Source: Candidatus Omnitrophota bacterium
GTDB lineage: Bacteria > Omnitrophota > Omnitrophia > Omnitrophales > JACQLI01
Reading direction: 5' to 3'
Assembly (NCBI GenBank): GCA_016179745.1
Contig: JACPCP010000015.1
Location: forward strand, 45,608-109,607
DNA: 64,000 bases
Below, in pieces: positions 37,666-46,169 of the stretch. Positions within the stretch are counted from its first letter, which is position 1, and every line of letters begins with the position of its first letter. A program made the position numbers and the translations under genes. Under the pieces are notes generated by a model. The model was not told the origin of the DNA. It did not search any database and saw only the letters and a program-made list of their open reading frames with translations.

Positions 37666-38305
37666 AGCAGCAAACCTCTACCTCCGGCAGCTTGAAGTGG
37701 GGCCGATGCAGAACTTCGTTTATCTGGTCGGCGACCGGGCGAAACGGGAATGCGTGATGATCGACCCGGCGTGGGACGTTGCCACGGTCTTTGAGGCGGC
37801 GGCGAAAGACGGGATGAAAGTCACCGGGGCGCTTGTGACCCACGCTCATTATGATCACGTGAACGGCCTCGATGATTTTCTCAAGGGGGTGAAGGGAAAA
37901 ATTTACTGCCAGCGGAGCGAGGCCGAATTCCTCAAGAATTGGCGTTCGGATTTAAAACCGGTTGAAAGCGGTGAAAAGCTCACCGTTGGGAAAATCGAAA
38001 TCACCTTTCTTCACACCCCGGGCCACACCCCGGGCTCCCAGTGTTTTTTGGTCGAAGACAATCTCGTCTCAGGCGACACCCTTTTCATTCAGGCCTGCGG
38101 CCGCTGCGACCTTCCGGGCGGCGACGCTGAAGAGATGTATTACAGCTTGAAGCGCCTGAGCAAACTTGACGACAAGATCGTGCTTTATCCCGGCCACAAT
38201 TATTCCGACGACCCCACCTCCACAATCGGCCAGGAAAAGCGCTGGAACCCTTATCTCCAAAGCCCCTCCCTCAAGGATTTTTTGGCGTTCCGCATGGGCC
38301 GATAA
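37655..38305 (+). CDS. MBL-fold metallo-hydrolase (glyoxalase II-like)
   Basis: LVTHAHYDHVNG (HxHxDH), HTPGHTPGS and a downstream GD..F... Overlaps the folA end by 11 nt. Confidence 0.85.
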   Translation: MRSKAANLYLRQLEVGPMQNFVYLVGDRAKRECVMIDPAWDVATVFEAAAKDGMKVTGALVTHAHYDHVNGLDDFLKGVKGKIYCQRSEAEFLKNWRSDLKPVESGEKLTVGKIEITFLHTPGHTPGSQCFLVEDNLVSGDTLFIQACGRCDLPGGDAEEMYYSLKRLSKLDDKIVLYPGHNYSDDPTSTIGQEKRWNPYLQSPSLKDFLAFRMGR

Positions 38306-38320
38306 GCCGGTATGAAAGGG

Positions 38321-38353
38321 AAAAGGGACAGGCACCTTTTGAGGGGGGCAAAC
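38321..38353 (+). repeat. Intergenic copy of the GGGACAGGCACCTTT element
   Basis: AAAAGGGACAGGCACCTTTTGAGGGGGGCAAAC shares GGGACAGGCACCTTT exactly with 37126-37140. Confidence 0.75.
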
Positions 38354-38518
38354 GGATTTACGCCGACCCGGGAGAGTAATTCCAAACCCAGAAGCCCTTT
38401 TCTTGAGCCACCTCGTGCGTTATAATCTGCCGTAAACCAACAGGGTTATGGGCGTAAAACGTCCCCGGTAAAAGTCGGCCACCCCGCCTCTCCCTCCAAA
38501 CTAAAGGAGGGTATTTTT

Positions 38519-39067
38519 ATGTCCAGAAAAGTCAATCAACACATCGCAAGTCAACTTGCCCTTCGGGAAGATATTGAAGAAATGATCTTCCACATCCGAG
38601 GCCAGAGGGTCATGATTGACCGGGATCTCGCCAGGCTGTACGGGGTTGAGACGAAGCACTTAAACCGGCAGGTCAGACGCAACCGGGAGAGGTTTCCAGA
38701 GGAATTTATGTTCCAGCTGACGGAGGAAGAGCGGGATGAACTGGTGACAAATTGGCACCGGTTGAACCCCTTGAAGCATTCCCCTTCTCTTCCTCATGCT
38801 TTTACGGAAAACGGTGTGGCAATGTTGGCGAGCGTTCTCAATAGTGAGAGGGCCGTGAAAATCAGCATCCACATCGTCAAGACCTTCGTAAAGTTGCGCC
38901 GGTGGGTCGTTACCTATAAGGAACTCGCCTCGAAGCTGAATGAGCTGGAAGCAAGGGTTGAAGACCACGATGAAGAAATTCGCTCTATTTTCGAAGCGCT
39001 TCAAAAGCTGATTAACCCGAGCCGGCCTGAAAAACCCAAGCGTCGGATTGGGTTTCATAAGGAGTAA
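38519..39067 (+). CDS. ORF6N-domain (KilA-N-related) DNA-binding protein, typical of phage or mobile-element cargo
   Basis: IRGQRVMIDRDLARLYGVETKHLNRQVRRNRERFPEEFMFQLT...PHAFTENGVAMLASVLNS. AAGGAGGG RBS, and a TATAAT box at 38421-38426. Confidence 0.75.
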   Translation: MSRKVNQHIASQLALREDIEEMIFHIRGQRVMIDRDLARLYGVETKHLNRQVRRNRERFPEEFMFQLTEEERDELVTNWHRLNPLKHSPSLPHAFTENGVAMLASVLNSERAVKISIHIVKTFVKLRRWVVTYKELASKLNELEARVEDHDEEIRSIFEALQKLINPSRPEKPKRRIGFHKE

Positions 39068-39097
39068 ATCCAGGGTGACAGCTACCCGAAATGAAAC

Positions 39098-39126
39098 GTG
39101 ACGTTTTTGGGATGAATCGATATAAT
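39098..39126 (+). promoter_or_regulatory. Promoter (GTGACG-17-TATAAT) 10 nt upstream of the chlorite-dismutase-family start codon
   Basis: TATAAT lies at 39121-39126 and the ATG at 39137. No SD in between. Confidence 0.5.
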
Positions 39127-39136
39127 CCCTCACCTG

Positions 39137-39832
39137 ATGGCTGAAGAACCCGAGAGACAATACGTCAACTTCCGGTTTTACAAGCTCCAATCCGAGTGGC
39201 GGAGACTCCCTGAGAGCGAAAAAGAAAAGGGGAGAAGAGAGCTTCTGGAGGTGTGTGAATCGTTCCAGAAAAAAGGGGTCATTTTTGTCAGTTATTCGCT
39301 CGTGGGGATTCGGGGCGATTCGGAATTTATGTTGTGGCGGATTGCCGAGGACCTGGAACTTTTTGAGAAGATGTCCCTCGCCATGCTTCAGACCGGCCTC
39401 GGCAAATATATCACGATTCCTTATTCCTACCTGGCGATGACCAAGCGCTCCCTTTACGTGGACAAACACGTCCACCCGGGCCAGGAAGGACGGCGGGGGA
39501 GAATCGTCCCCGGCGAATCGAAATATCTTTTCGTCTACCCCTTTGTCAAAACCCGGGACTGGTATCGCCTGCCCAAGGAGAAGCGTCAGGAGATGATGGA
39601 TGAACATATCCGGGTGGGCCACAAGTATCCCACGGTGAAACTCAACACGACCTATTCTTTCGGGCTCGACGATCAGGAGTTTGTCGTGGCGTTTGAGACC
39701 GACAAGCCGGCGGACTTTCTCGACCTGGTGATGGAGCTCCGGGAAGGCGAGGCGAGCCGCTACACCCTCCGGGACACCCCCACCTTCACCTGCCTCAAGA
39801 GGCCCCTTCAGGCGCTTTTGGCCGAGCTTTAA
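39137..39832 (+). CDS. Chlorite dismutase-family protein (Cld-like / coproheme decarboxylase ChdC-HemQ-like)
   Basis: FVYPFVKTRDWYRLPKEKRQEMMDEHIRVGHKYP...SFGLDDQEFVVAFETD...F.DLVMELR are family hallmarks. 231 aa. Confidence 0.8.
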   Translation: MAEEPERQYVNFRFYKLQSEWRRLPESEKEKGRRELLEVCESFQKKGVIFVSYSLVGIRGDSEFMLWRIAEDLELFEKMSLAMLQTGLGKYITIPYSYLAMTKRSLYVDKHVHPGQEGRRGRIVPGESKYLFVYPFVKTRDWYRLPKEKRQEMMDEHIRVGHKYPTVKLNTTYSFGLDDQEFVVAFETDKPADFLDLVMELREGEASRYTLRDTPTFTCLKRPLQALLAEL

Positions 39833-39837
39833 ATTTT

Positions 39838-39890
39838 AGGGAACAGGCAAACCCTGCTCGTGTAACTGGTTTGCCTGTCCCCTGGATTTT
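39838..39890 (+). terminator. Rho-independent terminator built from the GGGGACAGGCAAACC motif. Its 3' arm also supplies the nuoA -35 box.
   Basis: AGGGAACAGGCAAACC-14 nt-GGTTTGCCTGTCCCCT: a 16-bp stem with 1 mismatch, followed by GGATTTTT. Confidence 0.75.
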
Positions 39891-39900
39891 TAGCTATAAT
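39871..39900 (+). promoter_or_regulatory. nuo promoter (TTGCCT-18-TATAAT)
   Basis: TATAAT lies at 39895-39900 and the first ATG at 39909, with no SD between them. Confidence 0.5.
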
Positions 39901-40253
39901 TGTCTCCCATGTTTGGAATCCTGATTACCTTTGTCCTATCTCTCGCTCTGGCCGGGACTTTCATTGCCTTGGCCGTCGTCCTGGGCCCCAGGCGTCCGGA
40001 CCCGGTGAAGGCCGAGCCGTTCGAATGCGGTGAGGCGCCCTTTTCCCTCCCCGAGGCGAGGCGCCCGGTCCGGTTTTACCTCACGGCCATGCTCTTTGTC
40101 CTGTTTGATGTGGAACTGGTTTTTTTCTTTCCCTGGGCCGTGGTCTATCGCCAGCTCGGGCTCCCCGGTTTTTTTGAAATGCTGGCCTTCCTTTTTTTTC
40201 TCACCCTCGGATTCGCTTACGCCTGGAAAAAGGGAGCCCTCGAATTCAAATGA
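39900..40253 (+). CDS. nuoA: NADH-quinone oxidoreductase subunit A
   Basis: PFECGE motif and three TM helices. The start is either TTG at 39900 or, more likely, ATG at 39909. Confidence 0.9.
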   Translation: MSPMFGILITFVLSLALAGTFIALAVVLGPRRPDPVKAEPFECGEAPFSLPEARRPVRFYLTAMLFVLFDVELVFFFPWAVVYRQLGLPGFFEMLAFLFFLTLGFAYAWKKGALEFK

Positions 40254-40735
40254 ATTCTTTCCAAGAGGACACGCCGAGTTCGCCTGCGGGATTTTTTACC
40301 TCCAAGATCGAAGAAATGGTCGGCTGGGCCCGCAAGTTTTCGATCTTTCAATACCCCTTTGTTACGGCCTGCTGCGGAATGGAATATATGTCCGTGGCCT
40401 GCTCTCACTACGATATCGACCGCTTCGGAGCAGGCCTGCCCCGTTTCTCGCCCCGCCAGTCCGACGTCTTGATGGTGGTCGGGACCATCTCCCACAAGAT
40501 GGCCCCGGTCCTCAAAAAAATTTACGACCAGATGACCGAACCCAAGTGGGTCGTGGCCTTCGGGGTCTGCACTTGCACAGGCGGCTTCTACGACAATTAC
40601 GCCACGGTGATGGGGATCGACACGATCCTTCCCGTGGACGTTTATATCCCCGGCTGTCCGCCGAGGCCCGAGAACGTTTTGGACGGTCTGATGAAATTGC
40701 AGGAAAAAATCCAGAAGCAAAAACAGTTCACTTGA
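40250..40735 (+). CDS. nuoB: NADH-quinone oxidoreductase subunit B
   Basis: ACCGMEYM and GCPPRPE (N2 cluster ligands). ATGA overlap with nuoA. Confidence 0.95.
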   Translation: MNSFQEDTPSSPAGFFTSKIEEMVGWARKFSIFQYPFVTACCGMEYMSVACSHYDIDRFGAGLPRFSPRQSDVLMVVGTISHKMAPVLKKIYDQMTEPKWVVAFGVCTCTGGFYDNYATVMGIDTILPVDVYIPGCPPRPENVLDGLMKLQEKIQKQKQFT

Positions 40736-41220
40736 TGGGAAAGATACTCGACCGGTTAAAAGAGAAGTTGGGCGAGAGCCTTCTCGCCTCGCACGAATTC
40801 CGGGGCGACGAGACCGTGGTCGTCGGGCGGGAGGCATTGCTTGAAGTGACGCGTTTCCTCAAGACCGATTCGGGGCTTGATTTCAATATTCTGATGGACC
40901 TCACGGCCGTTGATTATCTTACCTGGGGCGAAGCCCGGCCCCGCTTCGAAGTCGTTTATCACCTCTACTCTCTTAGCAAGAATCATCGCGTCCGGATTAA
41001 GGTGCCGGTTGAAGAAAAAGATCCCGTCGTTCCGTCGCTGACCACAATTTGGCCCGCCGCCGATTGGTATGAGCGGGAGGTTTGGGACATGTTTGGAATC
41101 CGCTTTCCGGGCCACCCGAACCTCAAACGGATTTTGATGTATGAAGAATTCGCCGGGCATCCGCTTCGGAAAGATTACCCCGTCACGAAACGTCAGCCTC
41201 TGATCGGCCCCAAAAATTAA
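40735..41220 (+). CDS. nuoC: NADH-quinone oxidoreductase subunit C
   Basis: DLTAVDY, WYEREVWDMFGIRFPGHP and PLRKDYP. The start overlaps the nuoB stop. Confidence 0.9.
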   Translation: MGKILDRLKEKLGESLLASHEFRGDETVVVGREALLEVTRFLKTDSGLDFNILMDLTAVDYLTWGEARPRFEVVYHLYSLSKNHRVRIKVPVEEKDPVVPSLTTIWPAADWYEREVWDMFGIRFPGHPNLKRILMYEEFAGHPLRKDYPVTKRQPLIGPKN

Positions 41221-41223
41221 ACT

Positions 41224-42500
41224 GTGGAAACTCGAAACATGATGCTCAACATGGGACCGGCGCACCCGGCCATGCACGGCATTATTCGTCTGATCCTTGA
41301 GCTTGATGGCGAGAATGTCGTCAACACGGAGGTCGAGATCGGCTACCTCCACCGGGCCTTCGAGAAAATGTCTGAGCAGTCGGGCTATCTTCAGGTGATC
41401 CCCTACACCGACCGGCTGAATTATGTTTCTCCCGTTATCAACAATGTCGGTTACTCGATGGCCGTGGAAAAACTGTTTGGGATCGAAGCGCCGGAGCGGT
41501 CCCAATACATCCGTGTCATCCTGAGCGAGCTCTCCCGGATCTCGGACCACCTGACCTGCATTGGGGCATCGGCGATGGAGCTTGGGGCCTTCACAGTCTT
41601 TCTCTACCTGATGAAGGCCCGTGAATTTCTCTATGAACTGACCGAATCTGTGACGGGCGCCCGGGTGACTGTTTCTTATGTCCGGTTCGGCGGCGTGAAG
41701 GCCGATTTGCCGGAGGGTTTTGAAGAGAAGGCAAAAACGGCGGTCGCCGAAACCCGGAAGGTTTTAAAGGAATGCGACCGGCTCCTCACCCGCAACCGGA
41801 TCTTTGTGGACCGGATGAAAGGCGTGGGCGTCATTTCAAAGGAAGACGCCCTGGCCTACGGCATCACCGGGCCCTTCCTCCGCTCGACCGGTGTCGATTA
41901 CGATGTCCGGCGAACCTGGACCGCTACCTTTGCCGAATGGAGGAGATGGAACAGAGCTTGAGAATTGTCGAGCAGGCCTTGAAACAAATTCCCGGGGGGG
42001 CGATCCAAGTCGATCTCGAGGGGAAAGTGATTCCGGCGGCGGCCGCTTGTGACGAGGCAAAAATGGGACGGGTGGAGGCTTTGGCCGGGGCCCGTGTCGA
42101 GCCCGACGTCACGCTGGAAGGCGCCCACAAAGACCAATACCCCGGCCTGCAAGCGCCGGAAAAACGGGCGGTCCTCCCGGCCAAGGAAGATACCTACGGC
42201 AATATTGAGGGTCTGATGAACCACTTCAAGATGATCATGATGGGCCCCGGATTTGGGATGGGGAGTCACGGAATTTGTCCGCCGAAAGGGGAAGTTTATC
42301 AAGCTGTTGAGGGTGGAAATGGAGAGTTGGGATTTTATGTCGTGAGCGACGGCACGGGCCGGCCCGTCCGGGTGCGTGTCCGGCCTCCCTGCTTTCCGAT
42401 TATGGCGGCGCTTCCGATCTGCCTTCGGGGCGGCCTGGTTGCGGATGTGGTCGCCACGTTCGGCTCTGTCAATATGATCGGAGGAGAGCTCGACCGATGA
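41224..42500 (+). pseudogene. nuoD: NADH-quinone oxidoreductase subunit D, split into two overlapping ORFs by a frame-breaking internal deletion
   Basis: ORF 41224-41961 ends its homology at ...GVDYDVR. ORF 41772-42500 resumes at ANLDRYLCRMEEMEQS in another frame. About 22 conserved residues (PY..Y...F.VP....GD) are missing at around 41908-41913. Confidence 0.75.
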
Positions 42501-44296
42501 ACGTGGCGGAAGGAGTGTTGACCGTGGAGATTCGGAAAAAAGCGGAGCCCGTCCTCCGTCGTTACGCCACGAAACGGGCGGCGATCCTTCCCGTCTTAAG
42601 ACTGCTTCAGGAGCGCTACGGTTACATTCCCGAGGAGGCGGAAGGGGAGGTGGCCGATTACCTTGAAATTCCTGTGATCGACGTGCGGGAAGTCCTCAGT
42701 TTTTACACCCTCTTTCACCGGAAACCCGCCGGAAAGATTTGCCTCAATGTCTGCCGGACACTTTCCTGCCGATTGGCGGGAAGTCAGGAAATTTTGAAGG
42801 GCCTTGAAGACCGGCTTGGGATCCAGGCCGGCCAGACCACGCTGGACGGCCGGTTCACGCTGGAATCCGTCGAATGCCTCGGCGCCTGCGAGCTGGCTCC
42901 GATGATGGAGGCGAACGGTGTCTATGCCGGCCCCTTGACCGAAAAGGGGCTTGAGCAATGCCTGGCCGGACAACCGGAGAAAGGGGAGCAGAGGATCGAA
43001 GGGTCTGCCCCCGCCGGGACCGATTCGCCGGTGAGATTAATTTCCAAATTCTTCGAACGGGGCCGGACTTATTTCCTTGACGATTACGTGAAGGAAGGCG
43101 GCTACGAAGCGCTCCGGCAAGTCCTCGAAAAATTCAAGCCGAACGACTTCATCGAAGAAGTCAAAAAATCCAACCTCCGGGGCCTGGGCGGCGCCGGCTT
43201 CCCGGCCGGGATGAAGTGGAGCTTCGTCCCGAAGAATACCGGCAAGCCCGTCTATCTCGTGGTCAATGCCGATGAAGGCGAGCCCGGCACCTTCAAGGAC
43301 CGATACATCCTGGTCAACGCCCCGCACCTTCTTCTCGAGGGGATGGCCCTTGCGGCCTACGCCAATTCGGTTGAGAAGGCCTTTATTTATGTGAGGGGCG
43401 AATATGAAGAGCCCTGCCGGATTCTTTCGAAGGCCGTCGAGGAGGCGGAGGCCGGGGGGTTCCTCGGGAAAAATATTTTGGGAAAAAATTTTAATCTCGA
43501 GATTGTCCTTCACCGGGGCGCCGGCGCTTACATTGCGGGCGAAGAAACGGGGCTCCTGGAATCCCTTGAAGGAAAAAAGGCCTTTCCGAGATTGAAGCCG
43601 CCCTACCCGGCGGTGGTGGGGCTCTTCGGCTCGCCGACCGTGATTAATAATGTCGAAACGCTTTCTTACCTTCCTTTTGTCGCAAAGATGGGCGCCGAAG
43701 CCTTTGCCGGGCTGGGTTCACCGAGAAACGGCGGCCTCCGGCTTTTCAGTGTCTCGGGCCACGTGGCCCGGCCCGGGGTTTACGAGCGGCCGCTCGGCTA
43801 CCCCTTGAGGAGATTAATCGACGAGGCCGGCGGGGTCCGGGCGGGACATCAGATCAAAGCCGTGGTGCCGGGCGGGCTTTCGGCGGCGGTCTTGAAGGCG
43901 GATGAAATTGAGGTGGGCCTTGATTTTGACCAGTTGAAGGCGGCCGGAACGATGGCAGGCTCGGCCGGAATTATCGTGATGGATGAGACGACCTGCATGG
44001 TGGAGGCCTTGACGGTCACGATGAGTTTCTTCGGCCATGAGTCGTGCGGCCAGTGTTCGCCCTGCCGGGAGGGGACGGGCTGGGTCGCAAAGATTCTGAA
44101 ACGAATCTGCGAAGGCCGGGGCCGGGCGGGCGATATCGATACCCTTCTCGATTTGGGGGCCTCGATGAGCGGGACCACGATCTGTGCCCTGGCCGACGGC
44201 GCTGCCATGCCTCTCGGGAGCTACCTCAAAAAATTCCGCTCCGAATTCGAATTCCACCTCCGTGAAAAACATTGCGACGTCAGGGAGAATAAATAA
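42497..44296 (+). CDS. nuoF: Fused NuoE-NuoF subunit (2Fe-2S thioredoxin-like domain plus the FMN/NADH-binding 51-kDa subunit)
   Basis: The N-terminal NuoE part has CRTLSC...CLGACELAP. The NuoF part has GLGGAGFPAGMKW, VNADEGEPGTFKDR and ESCGQCSPCREG. 599 aa. Confidence 0.9.
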   Translation: MNVAEGVLTVEIRKKAEPVLRRYATKRAAILPVLRLLQERYGYIPEEAEGEVADYLEIPVIDVREVLSFYTLFHRKPAGKICLNVCRTLSCRLAGSQEILKGLEDRLGIQAGQTTLDGRFTLESVECLGACELAPMMEANGVYAGPLTEKGLEQCLAGQPEKGEQRIEGSAPAGTDSPVRLISKFFERGRTYFLDDYVKEGGYEALRQVLEKFKPNDFIEEVKKSNLRGLGGAGFPAGMKWSFVPKNTGKPVYLVVNADEGEPGTFKDRYILVNAPHLLLEGMALAAYANSVEKAFIYVRGEYEEPCRILSKAVEEAEAGGFLGKNILGKNFNLEIVLHRGAGAYIAGEETGLLESLEGKKAFPRLKPPYPAVVGLFGSPTVINNVETLSYLPFVAKMGAEAFAGLGSPRNGGLRLFSVSGHVARPGVYERPLGYPLRRLIDEAGGVRAGHQIKAVVPGGLSAAVLKADEIEVGLDFDQLKAAGTMAGSAGIIVMDETTCMVEALTVTMSFFGHESCGQCSPCREGTGWVAKILKRICEGRGRAGDIDTLLDLGASMSGTTICALADGAAMPLGSYLKKFRSEFEFHLREKHCDVRENK

Positions 44297-44684
44297 TGCT
44301 TAAGGAGAAATTCTCCCTTCCCCTCCGCCCGGGCCTCACTTCAAGAAATCTAGGGGATTCCGGGGACGGGGCCAGCCTGGACAGGCGGCCAGTCGCCGCT
44401 CGATCAAGCAGGCCCGAGCGGATGGCTCGGGCCCACCCGGTCCTATGCTTCAGCCCTTCGGCCGGGTTTTCCCATCCCCGGAATCCCAAGATTTCTAGGA
44501 CTGAACCGGCCCTGATGGGCGTCGGGGAAGGAGAATTTCTCCTTGGCAATGTTTCCACAGCAGAATCTCCCCAGCCTGGAGGCGCGAATCGCGTAGGATT
44601 CGAGAAAGTCTTGGACTGAGCGCCGAGAGGACTGGGGAGATTCTGCTGCGGATGAAACCGTTGAAAAGGCCCCGCCAATAATCC
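44297..44684 (+). repeat. Non-coding, highly self-complementary insert between nuoF and nuoG (nested long inverted repeats): a candidate structured RNA or MITE
   Basis: 44302-44323 pairs with 44524-44544 (21 bp, 1 bulge). 44344-44366 pairs with 44475-44496 (13+8 bp). There is a hairpin at 44411-44433 (9 bp). 44558-44574 pairs with 44632-44648 (17/17). Confidence 0.7.
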
Positions 44685-46169
44685 ATGGCTAAACTGACGA
44701 TTGACGGAAGAGAGATTACGGTGGAGGCGGGGACGAAGGTGATCGAGGCCGCCGAACGGCTCGGGATTTTTGTCCCCCGCTACTGCTACCACCCCGGACT
44801 TTCCATCGCCGGAAACTGCCGGATTTGCATGGTGGAGATTGAAAAATTTCCGAAGACCCAGATTGCTTGCAACACCGATTGCCTGGACGGCATGGTGGTG
44901 CGCACAGATTCGGACAAAGCGAAGGAGACCCGCCGCCACATTCTCGAATTCCTCCTTGCCAATCATCCGCTCGACTGCCCGGTCTGCGACCAGGCCGGCG
45001 AGTGCTGGCTTCAGGATTACTATATGAAGTTCGGCCTCTACGACGGCCGCTTCTATGAGGAGAAGGTCAAGAAACAGAAGGCTGTTTCGATCGGCCCCAC
45101 GGTGATGCTGGATGCCGAACGCTGCATCCTTTGCTCCCGCTGCGTCCGGTTCTCGGATGAAATTACGAAGACCTCCGAACTCGGGATTGTGAGCCGGGGC
45201 GACCACTCCGAGATTGCCGTTCACCCCGACAGGGAACTCGATAATAAATATTCCGGGAACGTCGTCGATATCTGCCCGGTCGGGGCGCTCACGGACAAAG
45301 ATTTCCGCTTCAAATGCCGGGTGTGGTATCTGAAGTCGGCCGACTCGATTTGCCCCGGCTGCGCCCGGGGCTGCAATATCCAAATCCATTACAACACGGA
45401 CCGCCCCCAGCACGGTTCAGGCGAGCGGGTGATGCGCTTGAAGCCCCGTGAAAATCCCGAGGTGAACCAGTGGTGGATCTGCGACGCCGGCCGCTACGGC
45501 TACAAATCGATCGACCACAACCGGATCGAAAGGCCCGTGGTCCGGAAACCGGACGCCGTTCAGGAAATGGACTGGCCCCAAATTCTCGACGAGGCGGCCC
45601 GGAAAATCCGGGAGGCAAAAGGAAAGATCGGCGTTTTTGTCTCCCCGCAGCTTTCGAATGAGGAACTGTCTTTGACCCGGAAACTGTTTTCCGGGGACCG
45701 GTTTCAGACTTTTCTTTTTTCGCCGAATCCCGAAGGGGACCAGGATGATTTCCTCATTCGCTCGGACAAGAATCCCAACACGAAAGGCGCCGAATTGATG
45801 GGGTTCAAAAGCACCGGTGTTGAGGCATTGTTCAAGGAGTGCGAGGAGGGAAAAATCGAAGGCCTCCTGATTTTCGGCCAGGACCTCCTCTCGCTGCTCG
45901 ATCCCCGGCGGGTCGAGCCGGCGTTGAACGATTTGTTATGGACGGTCTTCATCGGTCCCCATCACAACCTGATGTCCGAGGCGGCCTCTTACGTTTTGCC
46001 CTCGGCCGTCTACGCCGAGAAAAACGGCACCTTCACCAACTTTCAAGGAAAGGTCCAAAAGTTCAACCAGGCCCTCGAACCTCTCGGCCAGTCCCGTCCT
46101 GAAGGGGAAATCCTCAAGGACCTTGCAGACCGCCTCGGCGTAAAATTGAGTTTGGCGGCCACAGGATGA
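44685..46169 (+). CDS. nuoG: NADH-quinone oxidoreductase subunit G (short form, 494 aa)
   Basis: N-terminal 2Fe-2S (CYHPGLSIAGNCRIC), HPLDCPVCDQAGEC and CILCSRCVRF. Confidence 0.88.
   Translation: MAKLTIDGREITVEAGTKVIEAAERLGIFVPRYCYHPGLSIAGNCRICMVEIEKFPKTQIACNTDCLDGMVVRTDSDKAKETRRHILEFLLANHPLDCPVCDQAGECWLQDYYMKFGLYDGRFYEEKVKKQKAVSIGPTVMLDAERCILCSRCVRFSDEITKTSELGIVSRGDHSEIAVHPDRELDNKYSGNVVDICPVGALTDKDFRFKCRVWYLKSADSICPGCARGCNIQIHYNTDRPQHGSGERVMRLKPRENPEVNQWWICDAGRYGYKSIDHNRIERPVVRKPDAVQEMDWPQILDEAARKIREAKGKIGVFVSPQLSNEELSLTRKLFSGDRFQTFLFSPNPEGDQDDFLIRSDKNPNTKGAELMGFKSTGVEALFKECEEGKIEGLLIFGQDLLSLLDPRRVEPALNDLLWTVFIGPHHNLMSEAASYVLPSAVYAEKNGTFTNFQGKVQKFNQALEPLGQSRPEGEILKDLADRLGVKLSLAATG

Noticed and set aside
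44296-44619. 107-aa ORF in the nuoF-nuoG spacer, considered as a possible extra complex I subunit
   Set aside because: Its P/R/G/S-rich composition is unlike the flanking genes and it has no RBS. The DNA is explained better by extensive nested inverted repeats. The 377-aa antisense ORF 44280-45413 is likewise a GC-driven shadow of nuoG.
44380-44620. RNase P RNA-like strings: AGTCGCCGCT (as in the E. coli M1 5' region), ACTGAACCGGCC (compare ACAGAACCCGGC) and GAGAAAGTCTTGGAC (compare GAGGAAAGTCCGGGC)
   Set aside because: The order is wrong: the CR-V-like string precedes the CR-I-like string. The spacing is also wrong, and the GGTAAGAGC and AGGGTGAAA blocks are absent. These are most likely chance matches in GC-rich sequence.
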